This document shows, one piece after another, positions 1 to 10,641 of a DNA stretch of 64,000 nt. The DNA lies in contig CBDBCZ010000019.1 in the NCBI GenBank assembly GCA_965203295.1, positions 1,696,001-1,760,000 of the forward strand, written 5' to 3'. The notes under the pieces were generated by a model that had not been told where the DNA came from, searched no databases, and saw nothing but the letters and a program-made list of their open reading frames with translations. A program made the position numbers and the translations under genes. Numbering within the stretch: the stretch's first letter is position 1; every line of letters begins with the position of its first letter. The DNA comes from Nitrospirales bacterium (GTDB lineage: Bacteria; Nitrospirota; Nitrospiria; Nitrospirales; UBA8639).

Positions 1-1103
1 GTCACATGCTCAAGCCGTTGGGGAGCTCCTTTTTGCCTTAAGACCTCAACTAATTGCTTCACATCTTGCGAGCGAGATTTGGGACACACTAACACGGCAT
101 CTGGCGTATCCACCACCACCATATCAGAAACACCGATGCTCGCAACAAGACGTTGCTCGGCAAAGAAAATGGAGTCTCGACAATCGACATCAATCACATT
201 CCCAGTCGTCACATTCCCGTTCGTATTCTTCGATGCGACTTCATCTAGACTTCCCCAAGTACCGACATCAGACCATGAAAACTTCACCGGGATGGTAGCA
301 GCCAGGTCTGAACGCTCCATCACCCCATAATCAATCGAAACCGATTGTAATTTTTTATACTCATCGTTAATGCGACTCGATGAATATTCCTCTTGCATCA
401 TTCGATCAATTCCCTTCAAACGACGGTAGAGGATCGGCTGTTGGTTTTGAAACTCCTGCAAAACGGTCTGAGCCCGCCACATAAACATTCCGCTATTCCA
501 GTAACAATTGCCCTCTTGAATATAGCGTTGAGCTTTGCGTAATGTCGGTTTCTCGATGAATTTCGCCACTTTATACCCAGTCAGGGAACCTTTGGTGAGA
601 ATCGGATGTCGCAATTGAGGCTGAATATATCCATACCCTGTTTCCGGTCTGGTCGGGGGAATTCCAAAGGTCACAAGGTATCCAGCCTGGGCTAATCGCG
701 TGCCAAGGGTCACAGCTGACTTGAACCGAGCAGCACCGTGAATCACATGATCAGCGGGAAGAACCAGCATGACCGCTTCAGGGTCCCGACGCAGGAGACG
801 TAAGGCAGCAAGCCCAATGGCAGGAGCCGTATTGCGACCTTCCGGTTCGAGAATAAAATTGTCACACAAATCATCTTTCCATTCGTTGAGTTGAATTTTT
901 ATTGATTCAGCTTGAAAAGGATTCGTCACAATCCACGTTCGCTCGGGGGGAACCGAATTCAACACTCGTCGGACCGTTTGTTGCATCAGGCTCTCTTCCC
1001 CCACAATCTGAAGCAATTGCTTGGGAAACCGTTCACGGCTTAACGGCCAAAAGCGTATTCCACTTCCACCCGCCAATATCACTGCAAATAAATGACTATT
1101 CAT
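1..1103 (-). CDS. manC: Mannose-1-phosphate guanylyltransferase (/mannose-6-phosphate isomerase), 3' end outside window
   Basis: Manual translation from ATG at 1103: MNSHLFAVILAGGSGIRFWPLSRERFPKQLL...EPEGRNTAPA...DVGTWGS; absent from ORF track because no stop lies in the window. Confidence 0.92.
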   Translation of the reverse strand, partial: MNSHLFAVILAGGSGIRFWPLSRERFPKQLLQIVGEESLMQQTVRRVLNSVPPERTWIVTNPFQAESIKIQLNEWKDDLCDNFILEPEGRNTAPAIGLAALRLLRRDPEAVMLVLPADHVIHGAARFKSAVTLGTRLAQAGYLVTFGIPPTRPETGYGYIQPQLRHPILTKGSLTGYKVAKFIEKPTLRKAQRYIQEGNCYWNSGMFMWRAQTVLQEFQNQQPILYRRLKGIDRMMQEEYSSSRINDEYKKLQSVSIDYGVMERSDLAATIPVKFSWSDVGTWGSLDEVASKNTNGNVTTGNVIDVDCRDSIFFAEQRLVASIGVSDMVVVDTPDAVLVCPKSRSQDVKQLVEVLRQKGAPQRLEHV

Positions 1104-1269
1104 TAATCAAGTTTTTCTCCGGTATGCGTAACCCACTGTGCTGATCGAAACACATTGTTTGAGGCGATATTCAGAATCCTTCATTCTTGTGATGTATCGC
1201 AATTCGACATAATTTGTATTGTGGTTTGCAGCATTGGAGATACCCCACGAGAGTATGTCCCCATGAAGC

Positions 1270-1812
1270 TCATCCATCTGCTTGAGCAGCCAAAATCATA
1301 TCGGCAAGTTCGCGAACAGCCCCTTCTCCACCTTTCGCCTGACAGACATAGCAAACGATTTTCTGCACGGGAAACATCCCATCGGCTGGAGTTGCAGAAA
1401 ACCCAACGGCTTTCAATGCCTCCATATCGTTGACATCATCTCCTATAAAAGCCACCTCCGACATCATGATCCTATATTTCTTGATAAGTTGTTTGACAAC
1501 CCTCAGCTTATCCCGAACTCCCTGGTGGATCTCCGGAATGCCCAACTTCTCACCTCGATGAGCAACAAGCTTAGTATTTTCCATGGTGATGATGGCTGTA
1601 ATCATGCCAAGTGATTGCAGTAATTTAATCCCCATACCATCACGAGTTTGAAACTTCTTCATTTCTTCACCGGTTTCCCCATAATACATTCCGCCATCGG
1701 TAAGAACACCGTCAACATCGGTGGCAAACAAGCGAATTTTTTTTAAAATGGCAAGGTGGGATCTCGAAGAAGATTTTTGAGATGATCCTAATCGACGATT
1801 TTCTATCAACAC
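1270..1812 (-). CDS. kdsC: KdsC-family HAD phosphatase (KDO 8-phosphate phosphatase-like)
   Basis: DVDGVLTDG and GDDVND HAD motifs, GGEGAVRE; start placed at GTG/TTG after GAGGA rather than 1890. Confidence 0.85.
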   Translation of the reverse strand: MLIENRRLGSSQKSSSRSHLAILKKIRLFATDVDGVLTDGGMYYGETGEEMKKFQTRDGMGIKLLQSLGMITAIITMENTKLVAHRGEKLGIPEIHQGVRDKLRVVKQLIKKYRIMMSEVAFIGDDVNDMEALKAVGFSATPADGMFPVQKIVCYVCQAKGGEGAVRELADMILAAQADG

Positions 1813-2036
1813 TTCCTCATTACAAAATTGCCTGAATTGAGCACTTCCCTTCACACGGTCATCGGCTCCCAGCCTTTTATTTAAGCACACTCTTGGCTTT
1901 ATGCAAAGAGTTTTCTTATCAATTTGATTTTATGTGGTTATATCATAAAAATAGGCTTTCATCCCACATCAATCAGAGTTTACTTGCCTTCCAAACTTGA
2001 TTAAGATAACTTTTACTTTCAATTGGTTAAGTCTCC

Positions 2037-3122
2037 TTGTCTAGAATCCTCGACCGCTACATTTTTACCGAACTGCTCTCTCCTTTTCTTCTTAGCCTGT
2101 CTGCTCTCTCGTTTATTGTCTTCACAAAAGAAATGCTCCGCTTAGTGGAATTGCTGCTGACGAAAGGGGCTGGGCTTTGGACAGTTTTGAAAATTATTTT
2201 TCACCTCCTGCCATCGTTTTTGGTTCTGACCCTTCCTATTGCCTATCTCATTGCCTCAATCACCACGTTTAGCCGCCTTTCCCTCGACAAAGAACTCGTC
2301 GCCATGCGTGCGGCAGGAATCAGTTTGCTTCGCATTTCCGTCCCGGTTATATTTTTTTCATGTTTCGTCTTCATCCTGACGTTTATCCTCTCTGAATGGG
2401 GCCAACCCTGGAGCAATACTTCCATAAAACGACTGGCCCTTAGCCTCATCCAAGACCGGTTAACCCTTGCACTCGACATGGGAGTCTTTAATGAACCCAT
2501 ACCCGGCATGATCGTGTATATTCCTGACTCACGTAGCCACCACGAGACAAAAAGGATATTCATTTCTGACAAGCGGGATCAGAAAAAACCAGTGGTCATT
2601 GTGGCAGACACATTGCGCCTATTACAGAATCCCGGCGACAACCAATTGGGCATTCGTCTTTTTCGTGGCACCATTCACCAGATTCCCAATGACATCACTC
2701 AACACCACCAGGTTAAATTCACGACCTACGACCTTAAAATGGATGTCACGAAATCCTTGAGGGTTGTAGCCTCCACACGACCACGATACCAGGACATCAT
2801 AAAAAATTTGGACCGAACAGGATGGACCGATTCGGGTTACCTCAAACGGCTCATGGAATATTACAAAGACCTCGCTTTTCCTGTTGCTGTCTTAATTCTT
2901 GGGGTCTTGGGCGTGCCTGTGGGTATTGCCTCGAAGCGATCGGGTAATATTGGTGGATTTGCCATAGGAGTGATACTCATTGTTATCTTTTATATTCTCA
3001 ATGTCCTGGGTGAGTTTCTGGTGACCGCGCTGATTCTTCATCCTTTCGCAGGAGCATGGCTGCCTAATCTCATTCTCCTGATAACGACTGTCACACTTTT
3101 TTATCGGGAAAGCCAACGCTAA
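2037..3122 (+). CDS. lptF: LPS export ABC permease LptF
   Basis: RILDRYI start, ELVAMRAAGISL motif, 3+3 TM layout, paired with lptG. Confidence 0.9.
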   Translation: MSRILDRYIFTELLSPFLLSLSALSFIVFTKEMLRLVELLLTKGAGLWTVLKIIFHLLPSFLVLTLPIAYLIASITTFSRLSLDKELVAMRAAGISLLRISVPVIFFSCFVFILTFILSEWGQPWSNTSIKRLALSLIQDRLTLALDMGVFNEPIPGMIVYIPDSRSHHETKRIFISDKRDQKKPVVIVADTLRLLQNPGDNQLGIRLFRGTIHQIPNDITQHHQVKFTTYDLKMDVTKSLRVVASTRPRYQDIIKNLDRTGWTDSGYLKRLMEYYKDLAFPVAVLILGVLGVPVGIASKRSGNIGGFAIGVILIVIFYILNVLGEFLVTALILHPFAGAWLPNLILLITTVTLFYRESQR

Positions 3123-3123
3123 C

Positions 3124-4218
3124 ATGGGAATTCTTTTCCAATACATTATGGGTCAATACTTAAAAATATTAGCCTTATGCCAATTGGGTCTGACCGCTGT
3201 GTACCTCATCGTAGATTTCTTTGAAAAACTCAGAAAATTCTTAAAATATGACGCAGAACTGTTCCCCATGCTTACCTACTTTTTCTTTAAAATTCCTGAC
3301 ATTTCCTTTAAGCTCGTGCCGTTATCCGCATTAATGGCCATTCTGTTAACCATCGGGATGTTCAACAAGCATCACGAAATAACAGCCATGCGAAGTAGTG
3401 GCATCAGTTTCTTTCAGGTGACTGCTCCATTTTTTGCGGTGGGTGTGTTAATCACCATAATTTTATTCGGATTTACCGCAGTGATTATTCCGCTCGCCAA
3501 CAATCATGCTGAATACATCAAAACTGTAGAAATCGAAAAAAAGCCACAGCCCCTTTCTTTTACGGCCAAGCATTTATGGTTAAAAATCCGAAATAACACC
3601 ATCTTGAATGTGGAAGAGGTGAGTCCGGAAGGATCATTATTGAAGGATATTCGCCTCTATCAAGTCGATGATACGAATTTTCAATTGGAAAAGATTCTCG
3701 ATGCTAAAACTGCTCATTACGAAGGAACCGAGTGGACTCTTTACGACGCGGCCGAACGTCATCTCTTACCGAACGGGCAAGTCGTTGTGACCACACACCA
3801 AACCTTTCCCTTGGAACTGTCTTTAGCTCCAGAAGATTTTATGACCTGGATTTCCTTTGAACCTGAGCATATGACGCTAAGAGAACTACGGATACAAATT
3901 GATCACCTCAAAGAAGAAGGACAAAATATTGCCAGGTTTCTCACGGATTATTGGGGTCGGGTTTCGTCTGTCTTTGTGACGCTTCTCATGACTGTTTTGG
4001 GTATCGCATTAAGCTTCACAAGGATAGACACACGAAGTTCGAATATCGCCAGGGGCATCGGTCAGGCCTTGGCCATTGGCTTTCTCTTTTGGGCTACCCA
4101 TTCGGTTGGGATCACCCTAGGTCGAAACGGAGCTTTAGTGCCAATTGTCGCAGGCTGGATTGCATGGATCATGTTTTTTGTGTTCAGTTTGAACCTCTTC
4201 CTGAAGGTACGCTATTAG
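3124..4218 (+). CDS. lptG: LPS export ABC permease LptG
   Basis: EITAMRSSGIS motif, YjgP/YjgQ architecture, 1 nt after lptF. Confidence 0.9.
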   Translation: MGILFQYIMGQYLKILALCQLGLTAVYLIVDFFEKLRKFLKYDAELFPMLTYFFFKIPDISFKLVPLSALMAILLTIGMFNKHHEITAMRSSGISFFQVTAPFFAVGVLITIILFGFTAVIIPLANNHAEYIKTVEIEKKPQPLSFTAKHLWLKIRNNTILNVEEVSPEGSLLKDIRLYQVDDTNFQLEKILDAKTAHYEGTEWTLYDAAERHLLPNGQVVVTTHQTFPLELSLAPEDFMTWISFEPEHMTLRELRIQIDHLKEEGQNIARFLTDYWGRVSSVFVTLLMTVLGIALSFTRIDTRSSNIARGIGQALAIGFLFWATHSVGITLGRNGALVPIVAGWIAWIMFFVFSLNLFLKVRY

Positions 4219-4243
4219 ACACGACCGCTATCGAGAATAACTG

Positions 4244-4437
4244 GCAGGATGTTGAAAAAGTCAGCCAGCGGCGTTCTCGGTCCTTTGTCATGTTCACGTA
4301 CGACAAGGTACGCTCCGCGCGCCAAAAACCCTGCGGCCTTACTGGACCTGACTCCGCCAAGCCTCCTTCGCCGAAGTCGCTACGGAGGCTGAAAGCGGGG
4401 CTTCGCGCAGGCGAGCGGGCCTTTTTGAACAGCCTGC
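4244..4437. repeat. MITE-like element with 17-bp imperfect terminal inverted repeats and an internal REP-like hairpin
   Basis: GCAGGATGTTGAAAAAG (4244-4260) vs reverse complement of CTTTTTGAACAGCCTGC (4421-4437), 15/17 match; inner AGCCTCC...GGAGGCT stem. Confidence 0.75.
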
Positions 4438-4550
4438 ACCGCTTTTGATGATGATCGGATATTCTTCAAAAAACCAGGATTTTGGCAAATGTTGAGTTTT
4501 TCATTAACCTACTAGGCTCCTCCAACCAACAAGAAAGGCAGGAATTACAT

Positions 4551-5810
4551 TTGGCTCCTAAAATTGTCGTGACTGGTTTGGGAATTGTCTCTCCTCTTGG
4601 AATTGGGATTGAAAAATTCTGGAAAGCCGCCTGTGAAGGACAGTCAGGCATTTCCGAAATTTCCTCCTTTGGACTCTTTCAGATCGAAGGGTATCGTTCC
4701 CGCATTGCGGGACAAGTGCATGACTTTAACCCACAAGAGTTTCCTGAAGAAAAATTCATTTCCCGTGTTGATCGTTATGCACAATTTGGACTCGTGGCCG
4801 CCCAACAGGCGCTATTAGATGCTGGGTTACAGCTCGATCGCGAACCTTCTCATAGAATCGGGGTCATTGTTGGAGCGGGAATGGGGGGCATGGTGATGGG
4901 CGAACGGGAAATCACCCAACTCTACCAATCTGAAAAACCCCACAGAGTGCACCCAAACTTTATTCCCACTATCACATTGAATTCAGCTTCTGGAATCATT
5001 GGGATGGCGTTTGGGGCCAAAGGCCCCAATTGGACGGTGTCGACAGCATGCTCCTCTAGTGTTCATGCCATTGGACATGCTCTCACGACCATCAGGAACG
5101 GAAAGGCCGACGTCATGATCGTTGTGGGAGCTGATGCCAGCATTACCCCTTTAGTCTTTGCAGGGTTTTGTTCATTGCGAGCCCTTTCAAGTAGTTATAA
5201 CGACTGCCCGACCAGAGCCTCTCGCCCCTTTGACCAGGGAAGGGATGGGTTCGTGATGGGAGAGGGGGCCGGGGCACTTATTCTCGAAACGCTTCAGCAT
5301 GCTAAAAGGCGGCGAGCAAGAATCTATGCTGAAGTGGCTGGCTATGCGTCATCAAGCGAAGCCTACCATATGGTCATCCCGAGGGAAGACGGAACCGCTA
5401 TTGCGCACACCATGAACGGGGCCTTGAGCGATGCGCAAATTCGACCTTCTGAAGTGGACTACATCAACGCCCATGCGACTTCGACGGTTATTGGAGATGA
5501 AGTCGAAATTAAAGGAATTCGTCAGGTCTTTAAATCTCGTACCAATAGAATTCTGATCAATGCGACTAAATCCCTCATTGGCCATACGCTGGGTGCAGCT
5601 GGATCGATTGGAGCAATTGCCACCATTATGGCAATATCGACTGGGCTTGTTCATCCCACAGTCAACTACGAAGACCCTGATCCCGAATGTGCTCTTCCTG
5701 GAATTTCCAATAAGATCAAGGAAGTCAAAGTGAAGGTGGCTCTGCTGAATGCCTTTGGGTTCGGCAGCAATAATGCCGTGTTGGTGTTCAAACGACCAAC
5801 ATCGCTTTAG
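4551..5810 (+). CDS. fabF: Beta-ketoacyl-ACP synthase II
   Basis: VVTGLG start, STACSS catalytic Cys, NAHATST and KSLIGHTLGAAG His motifs, FGFGSNNA; TTG start at 4551. Confidence 0.92.
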   Translation: MAPKIVVTGLGIVSPLGIGIEKFWKAACEGQSGISEISSFGLFQIEGYRSRIAGQVHDFNPQEFPEEKFISRVDRYAQFGLVAAQQALLDAGLQLDREPSHRIGVIVGAGMGGMVMGEREITQLYQSEKPHRVHPNFIPTITLNSASGIIGMAFGAKGPNWTVSTACSSSVHAIGHALTTIRNGKADVMIVVGADASITPLVFAGFCSLRALSSSYNDCPTRASRPFDQGRDGFVMGEGAGALILETLQHAKRRRARIYAEVAGYASSSEAYHMVIPREDGTAIAHTMNGALSDAQIRPSEVDYINAHATSTVIGDEVEIKGIRQVFKSRTNRILINATKSLIGHTLGAAGSIGAIATIMAISTGLVHPTVNYEDPDPECALPGISNKIKEVKVKVALLNAFGFGSNNAVLVFKRPTSL

Positions 5811-5839
5811 ATTGTCGTTGCTTGATAGAGGAAACAACC

Positions 5840-6151
5840 ATGAAAAAACTCTCCCCTGTTGGGAATCAAATCCGTACCGAACTAGCAGCCTATTTAAAGC
5901 GAGACCCTGATTCCATCACACCAGAACAATCTTTACGGGAAGATCTCGGACTCGACTCCCTCATGACCATCGAGCTTCTCTATGAAATTGAAAAGACATT
6001 TGACTTTCAAATTCCCGACCAAGATCTTGGTGGGCTACTCACGATCGGGGATGTGATCGGATATGTGGAAAAGAAATTGAGTCCCAAGTCCACAGCTCCT
6101 TCTCGAAAAACTCACTCAACATCAAAAAAACGAAAGAGCGCCAAAAGCTAA
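5840..6151 (+). CDS. Acyl carrier protein with basic C-terminal tail
   Basis: DLGLDSL phosphopantetheine motif; GAGG RBS before ATG 5840. Confidence 0.9.
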   Translation: MKKLSPVGNQIRTELAAYLKRDPDSITPEQSLREDLGLDSLMTIELLYEIEKTFDFQIPDQDLGGLLTIGDVIGYVEKKLSPKSTAPSRKTHSTSKKRKSAKS

Positions 6152-7242
6152 TGTCTCAACAACGTGCCTTTACGATTCGTGTCGATGACCTCGCAAAAAC
6201 CATTAAAGGGCAAGTGATCGGACAAGGCGATACACTGATAACTGGTGTCGCAAGCCTAGAACAAGCCGGCCCAACCGATCTCGTCTTTGTCATGGATATC
6301 CGGTTGCGCGAAGCTCAACAAGCCTCACACATTGGCGCGATTCTTGTTTCTCAACCATTGAAAGAATGTCAGCGCCCACAGATCATCGTATCCCATCCTC
6401 AGTATGCATTCACGCAGTTAGTTCATCGGTTTTTCTATTCCCCACCATCCCTTCGCGGAATTGCATCGGAAGTTTCTCAAGGTGTGAATGTCGAAATGGG
6501 ACCAGATGTCGCTATCGGATCTTTTGTCACCATCGGGAACCACGTCAAAATCGGGGCACGTGTGAAAGTATTTTCGGGAGTCTATTTAGGAGATTTCGTC
6601 TACGTGGGAGACGACACCATTCTTTACCCAAACGTCACCATTTTAAATCACTGTGTCATTGGTTTCCGGAGCATCATTCATAGCGGAACGGTGATTGGCA
6701 GTGATGGCTTTGGGTATGTCCAACATGAAGGGCTCCATCATAAAATTCCCCAATTGGGTAATGTTGTGATTGAAGATGATGTTGAAATCGGAGCCAATGT
6801 GACGATTGACCGCGGAACCTTTGGGCAAACCACCGTAAAACGGGGAACGAAGATCGACAACCTTGTTCAAATTGCCCACAACGTGACTGTTGGTGAGGAT
6901 GCGATCCTTGTTGCCCAAGCAGGGATTGCCGGAAGCACCATAATTGGACAGCATGTCATGATTGGGGGACAGGCAGGACTCATTGACCATCTCTCGATTG
7001 GAGATCGGGTCATGATTGCAGCCGGCTCAGGAGTAGGCCGAAATGTCGAGGCTGGCCAAGTCGTGTCCGGACGGCCTGCGCTACCACATGAAGCCTGGCT
7101 CAAGACACAAATTTTGGTTCAAAAACTCCCTGAACTTCGCCAACAACTCCTCGAATTAGAAAAACGGATCAAACTCTTAGAAGCAAATGGAAGTCACTCG
7201 CGTAAGGCCAAGACGAAAAAGAACAAGGCACAAAAGAAATAA
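6151..7242 (+). CDS. lpxD: UDP-3-O-(3-hydroxyacyl)glucosamine N-acyltransferase
   Basis: Hexapeptide repeats, IGSDGFGY, EIGANVTIDRG, KIDNLVQIAHNV. Confidence 0.95.
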   Translation: MSQQRAFTIRVDDLAKTIKGQVIGQGDTLITGVASLEQAGPTDLVFVMDIRLREAQQASHIGAILVSQPLKECQRPQIIVSHPQYAFTQLVHRFFYSPPSLRGIASEVSQGVNVEMGPDVAIGSFVTIGNHVKIGARVKVFSGVYLGDFVYVGDDTILYPNVTILNHCVIGFRSIIHSGTVIGSDGFGYVQHEGLHHKIPQLGNVVIEDDVEIGANVTIDRGTFGQTTVKRGTKIDNLVQIAHNVTVGEDAILVAQAGIAGSTIIGQHVMIGGQAGLIDHLSIGDRVMIAAGSGVGRNVEAGQVVSGRPALPHEAWLKTQILVQKLPELRQQLLELEKRIKLLEANGSHSRKAKTKKNKAQKK

Positions 7243-7253
7243 CGAACCTTCCA

Positions 7254-7796
7254 TCATTTTTGGGGTTTGCGGGTTGGAGGGTCAATAATCCCGCGCCAAG
7301 AAAACATCTTCCCCCAAAAGAATCCAGCCCACGGCAAAGCAAACGCAGCCATATAATCCAGTGACCCTGAGCTAAAAGACCAGATCGATAGTCCAATCAA
7401 AAGGCTCATCCCCAAAAGATAAAACAATGGCACAAGACCCCTTCCAGGATGAGTAAGCTCCACATCTGCACCTTGTTTCTTCATCTGCTGAACGCTGCGT
7501 TGTTTAGCCCCTTTTAAACGACTGGCAAAAAATTCAGGGTGCTCTCGGAGGATAAATTTATGGTACTTGGTTTGGATCCATCCTAGGAGAATTCCAGCCA
7601 CAATCAACCCTGAACTTTGGCCAAAGGTAAACACATCATAGGAGCCAACGATTAATTGATAGACAAGAGCAACGACTCCGATCACAATAGCGAGGAGCCC
7701 TAATAAACCAGAAGGAAACAGAATATGGCTCCGAATATAGTTTTGAGCTCGCTCGAGCTCACCTTCTTTTCGTTGCGCAGTAATAATTTTCGGCAC
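7254..7796 (-). CDS. Hypothetical membrane protein (about 4 TM)
   Basis: 180-aa ORF with four hydrophobic segments. Confidence 0.75.
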   Translation of the reverse strand: MPKIITAQRKEGELERAQNYIRSHILFPSGLLGLLAIVIGVVALVYQLIVGSYDVFTFGQSSGLIVAGILLGWIQTKYHKFILREHPEFFASRLKGAKQRSVQQMKKQGADVELTHPGRGLVPLFYLLGMSLLIGLSIWSFSSGSLDYMAAFALPWAGFFWGKMFSWRGIIDPPTRKPQK

Positions 7797-8272
7797 AATC
7801 CACCAACTTAGAGAATAAGACTAAACCGGACGTTCAAAATCCGCTTCACCTAGGGAGGTACGTTGTGTGTCATCTTCCGGAACACGATAGTTCTCTGACG
7901 CCCAAGCCCCAAGGTCCTGAATTTGGCACCTCATCTGAACAGAATGGACGAAAAGGATTATCTTCCCACCTCACCTCTTGCCGACATATTTGGCTATTGA
8001 TGCATAGTTCGAAATTATACCAAAGACGAGAACAATTTGTACGTTCTGAATTGAAAAGTCTGATTGCTTTGCATTCAATTATAAGTTGTTGGCCATGCTT
8101 GAGCCTAGGCACAAAGACCTACCTTGCAATTAAAGGCTTAGGCAGGTAACGTAAGAATAAAGAAGAAGTTTGAGCTGAAATAGAATCCCAACTTCTCTAA
8201 ATTCTTTTATCTTGTAAGAAGGTCATTTATTTGACAGGAGCGCAGAGTCAACGAGAGGAGGATGCCTAGCCG

Positions 8273-8458
8273 ATGAAAAATGTGCAAATCGTGTTCAATA
8301 TACAGGTGCCAGACCATGTGACTGAACAGGAGGTAAGCGCGAAATTAAACCAAGTGATAAGCTCATTAATGGCGCAAGAATTTGGATCCGATGGAATCGA
8401 AGCCGACCAAGCCAAATTCACCTTTGATGATCATGATGGACAAATCGGCCACGCATGA
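8273..8458 (+). CDS. Small acidic hypothetical protein
   Basis: GAGGAGG RBS upstream; protein-like 61-aa ORF. Confidence 0.6.
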   Translation: MKNVQIVFNIQVPDHVTEQEVSAKLNQVISSLMAQEFGSDGIEADQAKFTFDDHDGQIGHA

Positions 8459-8668
8459 GAAAGAAAAACACCAGCGTGGTGAATTCACACACTCATACTC
8501 AGCCATGACCGCACTTCCGCATAGTCAGCAATCTCTGTTTTCTTAAACTTCTGAAACTTGCCACCTTTTCCCCACTTTAGCGAAAGTATATAAAAAGATT
8601 GTTCAATCAACCCTTCTGAGAAAAGGGATAAGAGACAAGGTGTGTAACTTTCAACATTGAGGATTCAG

Positions 8669-9691
8669 ATGTCTACCATACATTTTCGCCGGATTCCCAC
8701 AAGACTGATCGGAATAATTTTCATACTCCTTAGCATCGGCGCTGTCTCTGAAAACGTCATAACTGCGGACGTAGCCAGAGAGATAGAAATCGCTAAACAC
8801 GCAACGGTGGGGATTCTCAAATTTGATCCAGACTCGGAAAATATTGCAATCAAAACCCATTTTTCAGTCCGAGGAACGGGCGTACACCTCCATGACGGAT
8901 ACATCCTTACGGCTCGCCATGCTGTTGAACGTACCGAAGGAGGGAAAAGGATCATCCCCAAGGAGGTCAGCATACTGACTGACACCCTTGAAGAACTCCC
9001 TGCCACATTTATCGGAGTCAACGCTTTTCTCGACATCGCGGTCTATCGCATCAACGCAAAGGAAAATTCCTTAGGACTCAAGCCGATTCCTTTTGAAGAG
9101 GAAGAACCGCAGCCAGGGCAAGAAGTGTTCACGGTTGGCTATCCCCTGGGTTGGGGACCAGCGATCATGTTTGGTCGCGTCGGCAACCCAAATACTTTTC
9201 TTCCGACAGCTAACGCGCGCCTGATGCAACTTGACCTCTCTACCTGTAGTGGGAATTCGGCGGTGGACTTTTTAATTCGAGGGGTAAGATCGTTGGGATT
9301 ATCCACGCCATCATTCAAACTGAAGGCATCCAATCCGATCGCCGCTGCAGCCATTTTACCTTTGCGGTACCAGGTCATTTAGTCAAGCGAGTAGCCAATG
9401 CCCTCATTCAAGGGAAACAGTCAGAATTTTCGAAGCTCGGAGTTCACCCTACAGCCAAAGATCGACACGCAGTGGCATGTTGCCGTCGCGAAAGCCACCG
9501 GCCCTGCCCGTCATGGTGGACTACGAAAACGAGATATCATCCTGTCTATTGATGGCACAACAATCACTATGGCTTCCCAACTAAAAAACTATTTGATCGA
9601 ACACACAAAACCTGGGCAGCGAATTACGATTCATGTCCTTCGAGGGGAGCAGGAGAAAGTGTTACATGTCGTACTCGGCAAATCTTCGTAG
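8669..9691 (+). pseudogene. HtrA/DegP-like trypsin serine protease with PDZ domain, two frameshifts
   Basis: ILTARHAV, LDIAV and SGNS(GGG) triad motifs; frame breaks near 9259 (in GNSGG) and near 9458; PDZ GPARHGGLRKRDII in third frame. Confidence 0.85.
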
Positions 9692-9765
9692 TATTGATAG
9701 AATAAGCTATAAAAACATGAATTTCAGTTGGTGGACACTGAGGGGTTAAAAATAAATCTCTTCCC

Positions 9766-10024
9766 TTTTTTGTTCCGCCTTGCGCGTGGCTGAGTCCAGC
9801 GCCGAATCCGACATTTCGGCGAGGACTGTCTGAGTGGAGCGAGTTCCGCAGCCATGTGATTCGGTGCTGGAACGAAGGAGACCCGCAGGGCCAGGCGCGG
9901 GCAGGAATCGTTTGGGGTCCTTTTGCCGAAACAAAAGGACCTCGACTGCCGGGGCGAAACCCGGTGAAGCGTAACTGTGAACAAGAACCTTGACACTTTA
10001 AACCTGAAACTTTAAACTCGAAAT
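9766..10024 (+). repeat. Dispersed structured intergenic repeat, copy 1, with heptamer tail
   Basis: Hairpins GGTCCTTTTG-ccgaaa-CAAAAGGACC and CCGGGgcgaaaCCCGG; shares both ends with 30204-30374 and the 3' end with 24639-24698. Confidence 0.75.
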
Positions 10025-10138
10025 CTTGTAAGAGTGCAGCCTCCTAGTAGAAATGAGGTCGCAGGAGTATAATGCCCTTTATTCAGTCGTTCTGAGCATA
10101 TTGAGCATATCACCTTCCATACAATAAGGAGAGGTATC

Positions 10139-10609
10139 ATGAATCACCCCGTCAAACCCAAATCCTTCACGACTCTCATTATAAGCTCGTTTGTTCTGAT
10201 AGGACTTCTTATGGGTCCAGGGTGGTTGCAAGCTGAAGCCTCGGCTGAGAAAACAAAAGTCCTCTACCATGTCGATGGGGCAGACCCGAAGGTCACCAAA
10301 TATGCCATGTCCCTGATCAATAAACACATTGAAGCCGAAGGTGGCCCAGAGAACATTGACGTGGTGTTGGTTGTCCATGGCCCAGCCCTTCCGTTGTTTG
10401 CTAAGAAAACCATCGATCCCGGGCTCGCGAAAAAGTTTCAGCTCATCATCGACAACGGTGCCCAAGCGGAAATGTGCCAAGTCTCCATGAAGATCTTCAA
10501 CAAACCGTTGGATGAGTTGGCTCCAGGCTTTAAACCTACAGCCCACCCCGTTGCGGTGAAACGAATTGCCGATTTACAAAAAGAAGGCTACATTTATATC
10601 AAGCCATAA
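10139..10609 (+). CDS. Exported DsrE/DsrF-like protein
   Basis: Signal peptide; KVLYHVD, VVLVVHGPAL, single Cys in EMCQVSM, LQKEGYIYIKP end. Confidence 0.85.
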   Translation: MNHPVKPKSFTTLIISSFVLIGLLMGPGWLQAEASAEKTKVLYHVDGADPKVTKYAMSLINKHIEAEGGPENIDVVLVVHGPALPLFAKKTIDPGLAKKFQLIIDNGAQAEMCQVSMKIFNKPLDELAPGFKPTAHPVAVKRIADLQKEGYIYIKP

Positions 10610-10641
10610 TGTAGGACAGGACAAACGATGCATAGGAAACA

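Noticed and set aside
7865..8149. Overlapping ORFs 7865-8149 and 7870-8112
   Set aside because: No RBS or protein-like features; likely divergent promoter region
9724..9996. ORFs 9724-9996 and 9746-9934
   Set aside because: They are translations of the dispersed repeat
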